Positions 18,173 through 26,534 of a stretch of DNA of 64,000 nt are shown here, one piece after another. This stretch comes from Flammeovirgaceae bacterium (GTDB lineage: Bacteria; Bacteroidota; Bacteroidia; Cytophagales; Cyclobacteriaceae), in NCBI GenBank assembly GCA_020635915.1, contig JACJYU010000002.1:477608-541607 (forward strand), written 5' to 3'. Each line of letters begins with the position of its first letter. Within the stretch, counting starts at the first letter, position 1. The translations under genes were made by a program, and so were the position numbers. The notes under the pieces were generated by a model. It did not search any database and was not told the DNA's origin. It was given only the letters and a program-made list of their open reading frames with translations.

Positions 18173-18969
18173 GCAAATACCCGCTGGCCAACGTACATCC
18201 AGACGCAAAGATCGGCAACGATGTGATCATAGAGCCATTTGCCACCGTTAAGGGCGATGTAGTGATTGGGGATGGCTGCTGGATCGGCCCCAATGCCATC
18301 GTTTGGGAGGGGGCACGGTTGGGCAAAAACGTAAAAGTATACCCGGGAGCCTCGGTGTCGTCCATTCCGCAGGACTTAAAGTTTGCCGGGGAAAGAACAG
18401 AAACGTTCATTGGGGACAATACCGTCATCCGGGAGTTTGTCACCATCAGCAGGGGCACTGCCGACAAGCACAAGACCGAAATCGGCAGCAATTGCCTGCT
18501 TATGGCCTATGTGCATATCGCCCATGATTGCACGGTTGGCAACAATTGTATTTTTGCCAATGCGGTTCAGGTGGCGGGGCACGTGGTCATTGAGGATTGG
18601 GCCATCATTGGTGGCTCCAGTGCCGTGCACCAGTTTGTTAAAGTGGGGGCACATGTGATGGTATCCGGTGGGTCCCTGGTGAGGAAGGACATCCCTCCTT
18701 ACACCAAAGCTGCAAGAGAGCCCCTCACTTATTGTGGCGTCAATACCATCGGCCTTCGCAGAAGGGGGTTTTCCTCCGAAAAAATATCCGAGATCCAGGA
18801 TGCATACCGCATAATCTTTTTGAAAGGGCTCAACAACTCAAAAGCCCTTGAACAGGTGGAAAACGAAATTGCACTAAGTGACGAGCGCAATTATATTATT
18901 GATTTCATCAGGAGTTCCGAGCGTGGGGTGATGAAGGGGTTCTCCACTAGCGCGGCCACCTTTGAATGA
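18169..18969 (+). CDS. lpxA: Acyl-ACP--UDP-GlcNAc O-acyltransferase
   Basis: 266 aa. Hexapeptide repeats followed by the C-terminal helical LpxA domain (GVNTIGLRRRGFS..I..I..AY). The start overlaps the lpxC-fabZ stop. Confidence 0.92.
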   Translation: MSKYPLANVHPDAKIGNDVIIEPFATVKGDVVIGDGCWIGPNAIVWEGARLGKNVKVYPGASVSSIPQDLKFAGERTETFIGDNTVIREFVTISRGTADKHKTEIGSNCLLMAYVHIAHDCTVGNNCIFANAVQVAGHVVIEDWAIIGGSSAVHQFVKVGAHVMVSGGSLVRKDIPPYTKAAREPLTYCGVNTIGLRRRGFSSEKISEIQDAYRIIFLKGLNNSKALEQVENEIALSDERNYIIDFIRSSERGVMKGFSTSAATFE

Positions 18970-19583
18970 AAATCGCAGTTGAAAACCTCGGCAAGCGCTT
19001 TAACAGGGAATGGATTTTCAAGAAATTTGATTTTGTTTTTGAGCCCGGCCATTGCTACGCCATTGTAGGGCCAAACGGGTCGGGCAAGTCCACCCTTATG
19101 CAGGTGTTGTGGGGCCAGGTGCCGGCCAGCACGGGCACCATCACCTATTCCAATAAGGAATTCACCATTCCCGGGGAAGAAGCCTACAAAAATGTGTCCA
19201 TTGCCACCCCCTATATGGAATTGGTGGAAGAGTTTACCCTTAAGGAGATGGTCGAATTTCATTTTAAGTTCAAGCGGACCTTCCAAAACCTACCAGTGGC
19301 GGAACTGGCAGGGCTGATGGGGCTGGGCCAGGCCCGTGACAAGCAAATTTCAAACTTTTCCTCCGGGATGAAGCAGCGCCTAAAGCTTGGGCTGGCCTTC
19401 TTTTCAGGTACTTCCGCCCTATTTCTTGATGAACCCACCACCAACCTGGACAAGCGGGCAATCGCCTGGTACCACGAAAAACTTAGCGAATTTGGGGCCT
19501 CCAGGCTGGTGCTCATTGCCTCCAACAACGAACATGAATACCCTGAAAAGGCCCAAAAGGTTGATTTAATGAGCTTAAAATAG
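18966..19583 (+). CDS. ABC transporter ATP-binding protein (short, orphan)
   Basis: 205 aa. Walker A GPNGSGKST, signature-like FSSGMKQRLKL, Walker B ALFLDEPTTNLD. ATGA overlap with the lpxA stop. No permease gene is adjacent. Confidence 0.85.
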   Translation: MKIAVENLGKRFNREWIFKKFDFVFEPGHCYAIVGPNGSGKSTLMQVLWGQVPASTGTITYSNKEFTIPGEEAYKNVSIATPYMELVEEFTLKEMVEFHFKFKRTFQNLPVAELAGLMGLGQARDKQISNFSSGMKQRLKLGLAFFSGTSALFLDEPTTNLDKRAIAWYHEKLSEFGASRLVLIASNNEHEYPEKAQKVDLMSLK

Positions 19584-19710
19584 GTTACATTTGGTGCGGC
19601 TGCGCGATTAAATGTGCAATCAAACGCTTGTTTTTGGGCACGTTCCCCGGGTCTCTTTTTTTAGAAACCCCATTTTCTTAAGTTTAATATGTTTTTTTAA
19701 AAGGCACGGA

Positions 19711-20175
19711 ATGAAGCAAACAGGAAAGCTAATTATGATGGGGGTTGTTTTTGCGGCCCTCCTGGCAAGCCAGGGGTGCAAAAAGAAATCTGGCCCTGGG
19801 GAAACGGTTGAAGACATCCAACTGGCCAAACTCTCCAAAACATGGAACGCCACATCAGTGGAATTGGACAACGTGGCCCAAACCGGGTACGACAATTTTG
19901 CCCTTACCATATCTGGTACCGCTGGAACCTCTTTGTTTGGGTACAAAGCGGATGGCCGGCCCACCACCCTTAGCCCTTGGCTGTCCTCGGGGCAATGGAA
20001 GTTTGGCGCCAGCCCTGAAACCCAAATTATCAGGGACCCCGATACGGCCGATGAACTTGACCTTACCTATTCGGTAACAGACACCCAATTGCTAATCACC
20101 TTTACCTTCAACGGGGACGGGTACCTCGGCAGGGTTTCCAATGTAAAAGGGCAATGGGTGTTCACCTTTGAATAA
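19711..20175 (+). CDS. Small lipoprotein of unknown function (possibly a lipocalin-like beta barrel)
   Basis: MKQTGKLIMMGVVFAALLASQGC is a signal peptide with a lipobox. The rest is beta-rich (KTWNATSVELDN.., QLLITFTF.., GQWVFTFE). The start was trimmed from 19612 to the ATG at 19711. Confidence 0.65.
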   Translation: MKQTGKLIMMGVVFAALLASQGCKKKSGPGETVEDIQLAKLSKTWNATSVELDNVAQTGYDNFALTISGTAGTSLFGYKADGRPTTLSPWLSSGQWKFGASPETQIIRDPDTADELDLTYSVTDTQLLITFTFNGDGYLGRVSNVKGQWVFTFE

Positions 20176-20267
20176 GCCGGGGCCACTAATCCATAAAGGA
20201 GGCTTCCGCTTACCCGCCAGGCCAAGGATAGGAAAACCTTATCAGTCAGGCCAATGCTTTTGGTTGC

Positions 20268-22628
20268 TTATTTCAACACTACGGTCGTGACCCCGTCACC
20301 TCCCCGTTCAATATGCTCATGGCCAAAGCCAGCCACATTTTTATTTTGCTTTAACCTCTCCTTTACCACGCCACGCAAAACACCCTCGCCTTTGCCATGG
20401 AGTATTTTTAGTGCCCCATGCCCCAGCAGCACCGCATCGTCCAAAAACTGGTCCAATACCGGCACCACCTCCTCTGCCCGCATGCCGCGCACATCCAGCG
20501 TTGGGTTAAATTGGGCTTGCCTGGCAAATAAGTCCACCCCGTAGGACCGCCCCGGCCTTGATGCCCTGGCCTCCCCGGCATTGCTTTTTACCAGTTTCCC
20601 TACCTGGAGGGTAGAACGCATGTCCCCAAACTGCACCACCGCGGATTTTCCCTTAATCAACACCACCTGCCCCGTAACATCCTGCCCTGCCATCCTGACG
20701 AAATCCCCTTCCTTAATCCCCTCCTGTACAGGGGAAACCCCACCTTCCCGGTTTGGCTTCACGCTTTCCTTTAAGCCTTCCAGGTTTTGCCTCACCCTCC
20801 TGGTTTCCTTTTTCTCCGCCTTGTTTTCTTTGATGTGTCGAATGGTTTTTTCAATCTCCTTATTGGTTTGCTTGATGAGCAATGCCGCTTCTTCCTTGGC
20901 TTTGTTGATGATTTCTTTTTTCCGTGCCTCCAGGTCCTGGTATAGCCTGTTGTATTTTTCCAATACTTCATGGTACCGGGCTTCCTTTTCCCTCGCCTGC
21001 CCTTCCCGCCTTACCAATTCCAGTTGCTCATCGTTCACTTTCTTTATTAGCGCCTCCAGCCCGGTAAGGTCTTTGCCAATGATTCCTTCCGCTTCACTGA
21101 CAATCCCCCCCAAGCCGGTCTTGCGTGCGATTTCCAACGCAAAGGAGCTGCCGGGCTTTCCGATGTCCAGTACAAATAACGGTTCCAGTTTTTTGCTGTC
21201 AAATTGCATGGAGGCATTCCTTATTCCCTCATTTTGACCGGCATACAGTTTAAGGTTGTAGTAATGGGTGGTGGCCACGCCCCATACTTTCTTGCCTACC
21301 AGGTTTCTTAAAATGGCCTCGGCAATCCCGCCCCCAAAATTAGGGTCCGTTCCCGCCCCCAGCTCGTCCATAAGCACCAGGGTATGCTCATTCGCCCGGT
21401 CCACAAAATGGCGCATGTTGCGAAGATGGGAACTATAGGTGCTCAGGTCGTTTTCAATGGACTGTTGGTCGCCAATATCCAGGAAGATGTGATGGAAAAT
21501 ACCTACCTCGGATTTTTCGTCAAGTGGCACCAACAACCCGCATTGGGCCATGTACTGGATAAGCCCCGCCGTCTTCAGGCATACCGATTTTCCACCGGCA
21601 TTGGGCCCCGATACCAGCAAAAACCGGTCCTGCCCGTTGAGGTCGATGGTGAGGGGCACCACTGGGCGTTTTCCTTTATGGGACAACAAAAGAAGCGGGT
21701 GGCGCGCGTTGACCCAGTCCAATTTGGGGCCATCGTGTAATACGGGAAGCCCCGCCCCTATGTCCAAGGCAAACTTTGTTTTAGCCTGAATGAAATCCAG
21801 CTTGCCCAGGAAATCAAAACCCACCTTCAAGGCCGGAAGGTTCTCCCTGAGCAGGGAGGTAAGCTCCCGCAAAATTTTTATCACCTCCCTCCTTTCCTCC
21901 AATTCAAGGTTCCTGATCTCGTTGTTGGCCTCGATCACTTCGGTCGGTTCCATGTACACGGTTTGCCCTGTTGCGGATTCGTCCATGATCACGCCCCGTA
22001 CCTTTCTTTTGTATTCCGACAAAACAGGGATCACCACACGCCCATCCCGGATAACGGGTGAACTTCCTTCCGGGGCCATGCCTTTTTCCACCGCTTCCCG
22101 GAACATTTGGTCGACCAGTTTCCTGGCACGGCCCGATTCGTCTTTTAACTTTTTCCGTATCCGGGAAAGCCCGGTGCTGGCATTGTCCCTTACCCCACCT
22201 TTGTCATCGATCCTGGCGTGGATGGCGCTTTTTACCGGCCCAGGCAGGTCCACGGGCGCGGCCAGCAGGAAGAGGTTGGGGCAAGCCTCCTGTTCTTTTT
22301 TAAGAAAGGCCAGGCAGTCTTCAATCACCTGGGCCGCAAGGGCTATTTCGTGCAGGGGGCCGGCCTCCACAAAGCTGTTTTCTATCGCTATGACCGGATA
22401 TAATGGCGTGGGGTCAAAATATTGCGTGATCGGCAAAGGGATGGCCCGCTCCACAAAGCTTTTGAATTCGTGCCCCTGGCAGAGGAGCACCTTGATAATG
22501 TGGTGTTCCGTCCGGAACCTCATCTCGTCCACCTCGCCACGGCCCAGGCCACTCAGGCAGTACCCTTTTACCAACTGGCGGATCTGGTCAAACCCAAGCT
22601 TGGACTCAAAATCAGAGGGGTAAGTCAT
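20268..22628 (-). CDS. mutS2: Endonuclease MutS2 (MutS domain plus C-terminal Smr)
   Basis: 786 aa. Walker A SGPNAGGKS, DELGAGTDP, a long coiled coil, and a C-terminal Smr domain (LDVRGMRAEE..ILHGKGEGVLR). Confidence 0.93.
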   Translation of the reverse strand: MTYPSDFESKLGFDQIRQLVKGYCLSGLGRGEVDEMRFRTEHHIIKVLLCQGHEFKSFVERAIPLPITQYFDPTPLYPVIAIENSFVEAGPLHEIALAAQVIEDCLAFLKKEQEACPNLFLLAAPVDLPGPVKSAIHARIDDKGGVRDNASTGLSRIRKKLKDESGRARKLVDQMFREAVEKGMAPEGSSPVIRDGRVVIPVLSEYKRKVRGVIMDESATGQTVYMEPTEVIEANNEIRNLELEERREVIKILRELTSLLRENLPALKVGFDFLGKLDFIQAKTKFALDIGAGLPVLHDGPKLDWVNARHPLLLLSHKGKRPVVPLTIDLNGQDRFLLVSGPNAGGKSVCLKTAGLIQYMAQCGLLVPLDEKSEVGIFHHIFLDIGDQQSIENDLSTYSSHLRNMRHFVDRANEHTLVLMDELGAGTDPNFGGGIAEAILRNLVGKKVWGVATTHYYNLKLYAGQNEGIRNASMQFDSKKLEPLFVLDIGKPGSSFALEIARKTGLGGIVSEAEGIIGKDLTGLEALIKKVNDEQLELVRREGQAREKEARYHEVLEKYNRLYQDLEARKKEIINKAKEEAALLIKQTNKEIEKTIRHIKENKAEKKETRRVRQNLEGLKESVKPNREGGVSPVQEGIKEGDFVRMAGQDVTGQVVLIKGKSAVVQFGDMRSTLQVGKLVKSNAGEARASRPGRSYGVDLFARQAQFNPTLDVRGMRAEEVVPVLDQFLDDAVLLGHGALKILHGKGEGVLRGVVKERLKQNKNVAGFGHEHIERGGDGVTTVVLK

Positions 22629-22640
22629 GGACTAAAAACT

Positions 22641-22994
22641 TCAATCGGGCGTGCCGGCCATACGTTGCTCCCTGAGGTTGAGCGTATCGATAACGGCATC
22701 CAGTATTTTTTCCAATTCTTCCGGCCGCTGGAAGTAATATTCATAACTAGCGGTCAATGTGGAGTCTGCAATACCTCTGGAAACGGTAACGGACCTGTCG
22801 AAATGCGCGAAAAGCTTATAGGCCGAATCCCTTGGTACCCCCGCTACGGTAACTTTTGCCTCCGACAGGTAAACGTCCACCAGCAGGGCCACCATCTCGT
22901 CCTTGTCCAGCAGGCCGGCCGGCCTCTCTTCCTGCCTGCACTGCGGCAGCACCACAACCGCCACAATCGCCAAATACTTTGCCCAGCCCGTCAT
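22641..22994 (-). CDS. DUF4296-like lipoprotein
   Basis: MTGWAKYLAIVAVVVLPQC (signal/lipobox-like), then LLDKDEMVALLVDVYLSEAKV, typical of DUF4296. The start was trimmed from 23057 to the ATG at 22994. Confidence 0.65.
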   Translation of the reverse strand: MTGWAKYLAIVAVVVLPQCRQEERPAGLLDKDEMVALLVDVYLSEAKVTVAGVPRDSAYKLFAHFDRSVTVSRGIADSTLTASYEYYFQRPEELEKILDAVIDTLNLREQRMAGTPD

Positions 22995-23070
22995 ATGGGT
23001 AACACCTTTTGTCAAATTTACCGTTGGATACAATGAAAACGGCTTCAAAATACTCATATTTCACCTATTT

Positions 23071-23973
23071 TTGGGCCACAAAATCAGAAGTTTGGTGAAG
23101 GACCTGGTCAAAAAACTTAGGAAGTACGAGATCCAGATAAGGAAGGCCATTAATAGCCAGATGCAGGGCGACTTTAGCTCTATCTTCAAAGGTTCGGGCT
23201 TGGAGTTTGACGATGTGCGCCCCTACCAATATGGCGATGACATCCGCACCATCGACTGGAACGTTTCTGCCAAAGGCCATGGCACCTTTGTCAAAACCTT
23301 TAAGGAAGAAAAGGAACAGACCATCTTTTTCATCATGGACGTAAGTGCTTCGGAGGAAATTGGCACCCCGGGGAAGACCAAGTTTGAGATAGGCAGGGAG
23401 ATTTGTGGCGTGCTTGCCCTTTCCGGGGTGAAGGAGTCGAGCCAGGTGGGCCTGATCTGCTACTCTGACCAAAACGAGAAATACCTGCGCCCCAAAAAAG
23501 GAATGGCACAAGCCTATGAAATCATTTCCAGCCTGGTCCGGCTGGTGCCCAAATCATCAAAAACGGACCTCGCCAAAGCCATCGCCTTTGCCCTCAACAC
23601 GATTAAGCGGAGGAGCGTGATCATTATGATCTCCGATTTTATTGACGAATCTTTTTACCCCAACCTGCGCTCCCTTGCCAAAAAACACGACCTGGTGCTG
23701 GTGCAAATCCATGACAACAGGGAGACCGACCTGCCCAAACTGGGCATCATACCCGTGCAGGACAAGGAAAGCAAAAAAACATTCTGGGTAAACACCTCTT
23801 TTGGGGATTTTCGCAGCCGCATATTTGACCACCATAATACCCGGATAGAACAGCTTTCCGACTTTAGCAAAAAGCACCAGATCGATTTCATAAGTATAAA
23901 CACCCATGAAGACTATGTGCCCAAATTGTTGCGGTTGTTCAAGGTGAGGAACAAAACGAAAAAAAGTGCTTGA
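23071..23973 (+). CDS. DUF58 protein (MoxR-associated, VWA-like)
   Basis: FSSIFKGSGLEFDDVRPYQYGDDIRTIDWNVSAK is the DUF58 signature. The only in-frame ATG (Met of MQGDFSS at ~23161) lies within the conserved N-terminal helix (KLRKYEIQIRKAINS). The start is therefore probably TTG at 23071 or TTG/GTG at 23092/23095, and the exact start is uncertain. Confidence 0.75.
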   Translation: MGHKIRSLVKDLVKKLRKYEIQIRKAINSQMQGDFSSIFKGSGLEFDDVRPYQYGDDIRTIDWNVSAKGHGTFVKTFKEEKEQTIFFIMDVSASEEIGTPGKTKFEIGREICGVLALSGVKESSQVGLICYSDQNEKYLRPKKGMAQAYEIISSLVRLVPKSSKTDLAKAIAFALNTIKRRSVIIMISDFIDESFYPNLRSLAKKHDLVLVQIHDNRETDLPKLGIIPVQDKESKKTFWVNTSFGDFRSRIFDHHNTRIEQLSDFSKKHQIDFISINTHEDYVPKLLRLFKVRNKTKKSA

Positions 23974-23977
23974 CCAG

Positions 23978-24871
23978 GTGAAACCCGTTCTTTTTGTGTT
24001 GATGGCTGTTTCTTTCCTTGCCCCTGCGCAGGAGATAGAGGTGCACGGGCAATTCCAAACAGACAGCATAAAAATCGGGGAGGTATTCCCCTATTCCCTG
24101 TCTGCCCGGTACCCAAAATCCGAAACGGTGGTTTTCCCCGACTCCACTTTTTCTTTTGCCCCGTTTGAGATCGATCATAAAAAATACTTTGCCACCCAAA
24201 CAACCGATGGCTCCAGCCTTGACAGCGTGGTGTATTTTCTTACCTCGTTTGAGATCGATACCATTCAACGCCTCCGCCTCCCTGTTTTTGTGGTCAACCG
24301 GGCAGATTGCACTGCGGTATTTGCCAAAACCGATTCCGTTTACCTACAACAACTGGTGAAGCATGTGCCCGACTCTGTTTCGGTGGAACAACTGCCCCTG
24401 AAAACCAACACGGCCTACCAGGCGGTGGGTTGGCTGCTCAATTACCCGCTGCTGCTGCTGATCGGGGCGGGGGCCATTGTGCTCGCGGTGTTGGTATGGA
24501 TTGCTTTTGGCAAACGGATCAGGCGGTACTTCGTGCTGCGCAGGCTGAACAAGGGGTACCATAGGTTCAGGAAGGATTTTGACAATGCCATACACGAACT
24601 GGAAACCGGCCACTCGGCCCGGCAGGCGGAAACCACCCTGGCCATGTGGAAAAAATACATGGAGCAATTGCTTTCAAGCCCCTATACCAAGTACACCACC
24701 AAAGAAATCTTTCAGGTGGCCAAAAACGAAAAGCTTAGGGCTGCGTTGGGGAAAATCGACAAGACCATCTATGGCGGCAGGGAAGCCCTGGCGTCCACTG
24801 CCATGAACGACCTCCGGGAATATACCGAGGAGAAATTTCACGATAAGGTGGAGGAGGTAAAAAATGGATAA
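23978..24871 (+). CDS. Signal-peptide plus single mid-protein TM protein of the Bat/DUF58 neighbourhood
   Basis: With GTG at 23978 the N-terminus is MKPVLFVLMAVSFLAPAQE (signal peptide). There is a central TM (LLLLIGAGAIVLAVLVWIAF) followed by a basic stretch. It sits between DUF58 and batA, as in Bat operons. An alternative GTG lies at 23966. Confidence 0.65.
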   Translation: MKPVLFVLMAVSFLAPAQEIEVHGQFQTDSIKIGEVFPYSLSARYPKSETVVFPDSTFSFAPFEIDHKKYFATQTTDGSSLDSVVYFLTSFEIDTIQRLRLPVFVVNRADCTAVFAKTDSVYLQQLVKHVPDSVSVEQLPLKTNTAYQAVGWLLNYPLLLLIGAGAIVLAVLVWIAFGKRIRRYFVLRRLNKGYHRFRKDFDNAIHELETGHSARQAETTLAMWKKYMEQLLSSPYTKYTTKEIFQVAKNEKLRAALGKIDKTIYGGREALASTAMNDLREYTEEKFHDKVEEVKNG

Positions 24872-25907
24872 GCTGATGGAGGCCTGGTATTCGCTTTCCT
24901 GGTTTTATCCGGGGACTTTAAAAGGCTTTACGTGGGCAAGCCCCTTGTACCTTTACCTGCTGTTGCTCGTTCCCCTTCTTTTTGTGCTCAGGTGGTTCCT
25001 TAAATATTTCTTCAACCAAAAGTTGCCGGTGGCGTTGGTAAAGAGCGATCTAAAAAAAACGCCCCTCACCCTGGTCCGGCTCCTCCCGGATTTTTTACTG
25101 GCCCTCGTGCTGGCCCTTGTATTGGTGGCCCTGGCCCGGCCACAGAAAACAAACGAAAAGGTAGAGCAATGGACGGAAGGCATAGACATCATCCTGGCCA
25201 TTGATATTTCCCAGTCCATGCAAATCGAAGACTTCACCCCCAACAGGCTGGAAGCGGCCAAGGACGTGGCCCGCGACTTCATCAAAGGGCGCGTGCAGGA
25301 CCGCATAGGCATAGTGGTGTTCTCCGGGGACGCCTTTTCACTGGCCCCCCTTACCACCGATTATGATTTGTTGTACGCCTACCTGGACGAAATTGGTTTT
25401 GATATGATCGAAAACCGGGGGACGGCCATCGGGAGCGCCCTGGCGGTAGTCACCAACCGCATGAGGGAGTCCGACTCGAAATCCAAAGTTTGTATCTTGC
25501 TGAGTGATGGGGACAACACGGCAGGGAACATAGACCCCATTACTGCCGCAGAACTTGCCGCTGCCTACAACATCAAGACCTATACCATAGTGGTAGGGAA
25601 AGAGGGGCTGGTGCCTTTTGGCAAAGACTATTTTGGCAGGCCACATATGGTGGAAAATACAGTGGACGAAACCACCATGCGAAAAATTGCCAAGATTAGC
25701 AACGGGCAGTTCTTCCGTGCCACGGACAACGAGGCCCTTAAGAACGTGTTTGAGACCATCGACACTTATGAAAAGGCAGAAATCAAGGAAACGCGATTCA
25801 AAGACACGGCCGATTTTTATTTTGTTTATTTGAGGTGGGCCCTGGTTTTGATGTTGCTATGGATGCTGCTAAAATCCAGTTTCCTCAGCAACGTGCTACA
25901 GGATTAA
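24864..25907 (+). CDS. batA: VWA-domain membrane protein (BatA-like)
   Basis: 347 aa. Two N-terminal TMs, a VWA MIDAS motif (DIILAIDISQSM..), LLSDGDNTAG, and a C-terminal TM. Confidence 0.85.
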   Translation: MDKLMEAWYSLSWFYPGTLKGFTWASPLYLYLLLLVPLLFVLRWFLKYFFNQKLPVALVKSDLKKTPLTLVRLLPDFLLALVLALVLVALARPQKTNEKVEQWTEGIDIILAIDISQSMQIEDFTPNRLEAAKDVARDFIKGRVQDRIGIVVFSGDAFSLAPLTTDYDLLYAYLDEIGFDMIENRGTAIGSALAVVTNRMRESDSKSKVCILLSDGDNTAGNIDPITAAELAAAYNIKTYTIVVGKEGLVPFGKDYFGRPHMVENTVDETTMRKIAKISNGQFFRATDNEALKNVFETIDTYEKAEIKETRFKDTADFYFVYLRWALVLMLLWMLLKSSFLSNVLQD

Positions 25908-26534
25908 CTCCCCGGTAAAGGTTTGGGCGACCATGATAAGGCGCCCCCCGAACACGATGAGCAGAATGCCCAGGGCCACGTTCATAATGGCCATAAACCG
26001 GCTGGTCACAATGCTCCTCAGCTTGTCGGCCAAATAAGCCTTGGCCACGTCCGTAACCAGTACGGTGGACAATAACGAGGCCAGGAAAACAACTAGGGTA
26101 AACCCTCCAGAATAGCCCATGTCCAGGGAAGCAATGCTTATGACGCCAATCCAAAAGACGGGGACCATGGGGCTAAGCCCATTGATCACAAACCCCTTAA
26201 GGATGTACCTGAAAAAGCCCTTTTCCGTTCCTGTCGCCACTGCCTTGTGCATCCGCCTCCGGCTTTTTACCAGCAGGTGGTAGAGGCCGAACAAAATCAG
26301 GATGGTGCCCCCCACATAGGCCAGGTACATCCTGAACTTTCCATCCTCCAGCACCTGGGCCATGCCCAGGTAGCAAATGGCCACATAAAAAATATCGCTT
26401 AGCGAAACGCCTGTGGCCACCAACACACCATTCCAAAAACCCTTTTCCACACTGGTTTGTATGATGGTAAAGAAGACCGGGCCCACCAGCAGCGCCAGGA
26501 CCAGGCCGAATTTTACTCCATTTAGTACGATCAT
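25896..26534 (-). CDS. LysE/RhtB-family amino-acid exporter
   Basis: 212 aa, six hydrophobic helices, with the GPVFFTIIQTS N-terminal motif typical of LysE-type translocators. ATGA overlap with the upstream GH3 gene. Confidence 0.8.
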   Translation of the reverse strand: MIVLNGVKFGLVLALLVGPVFFTIIQTSVEKGFWNGVLVATGVSLSDIFYVAICYLGMAQVLEDGKFRMYLAYVGGTILILFGLYHLLVKSRRRMHKAVATGTEKGFFRYILKGFVINGLSPMVPVFWIGVISIASLDMGYSGGFTLVVFLASLLSTVLVTDVAKAYLADKLRSIVTSRFMAIMNVALGILLIVFGGRLIMVAQTFTGELIL

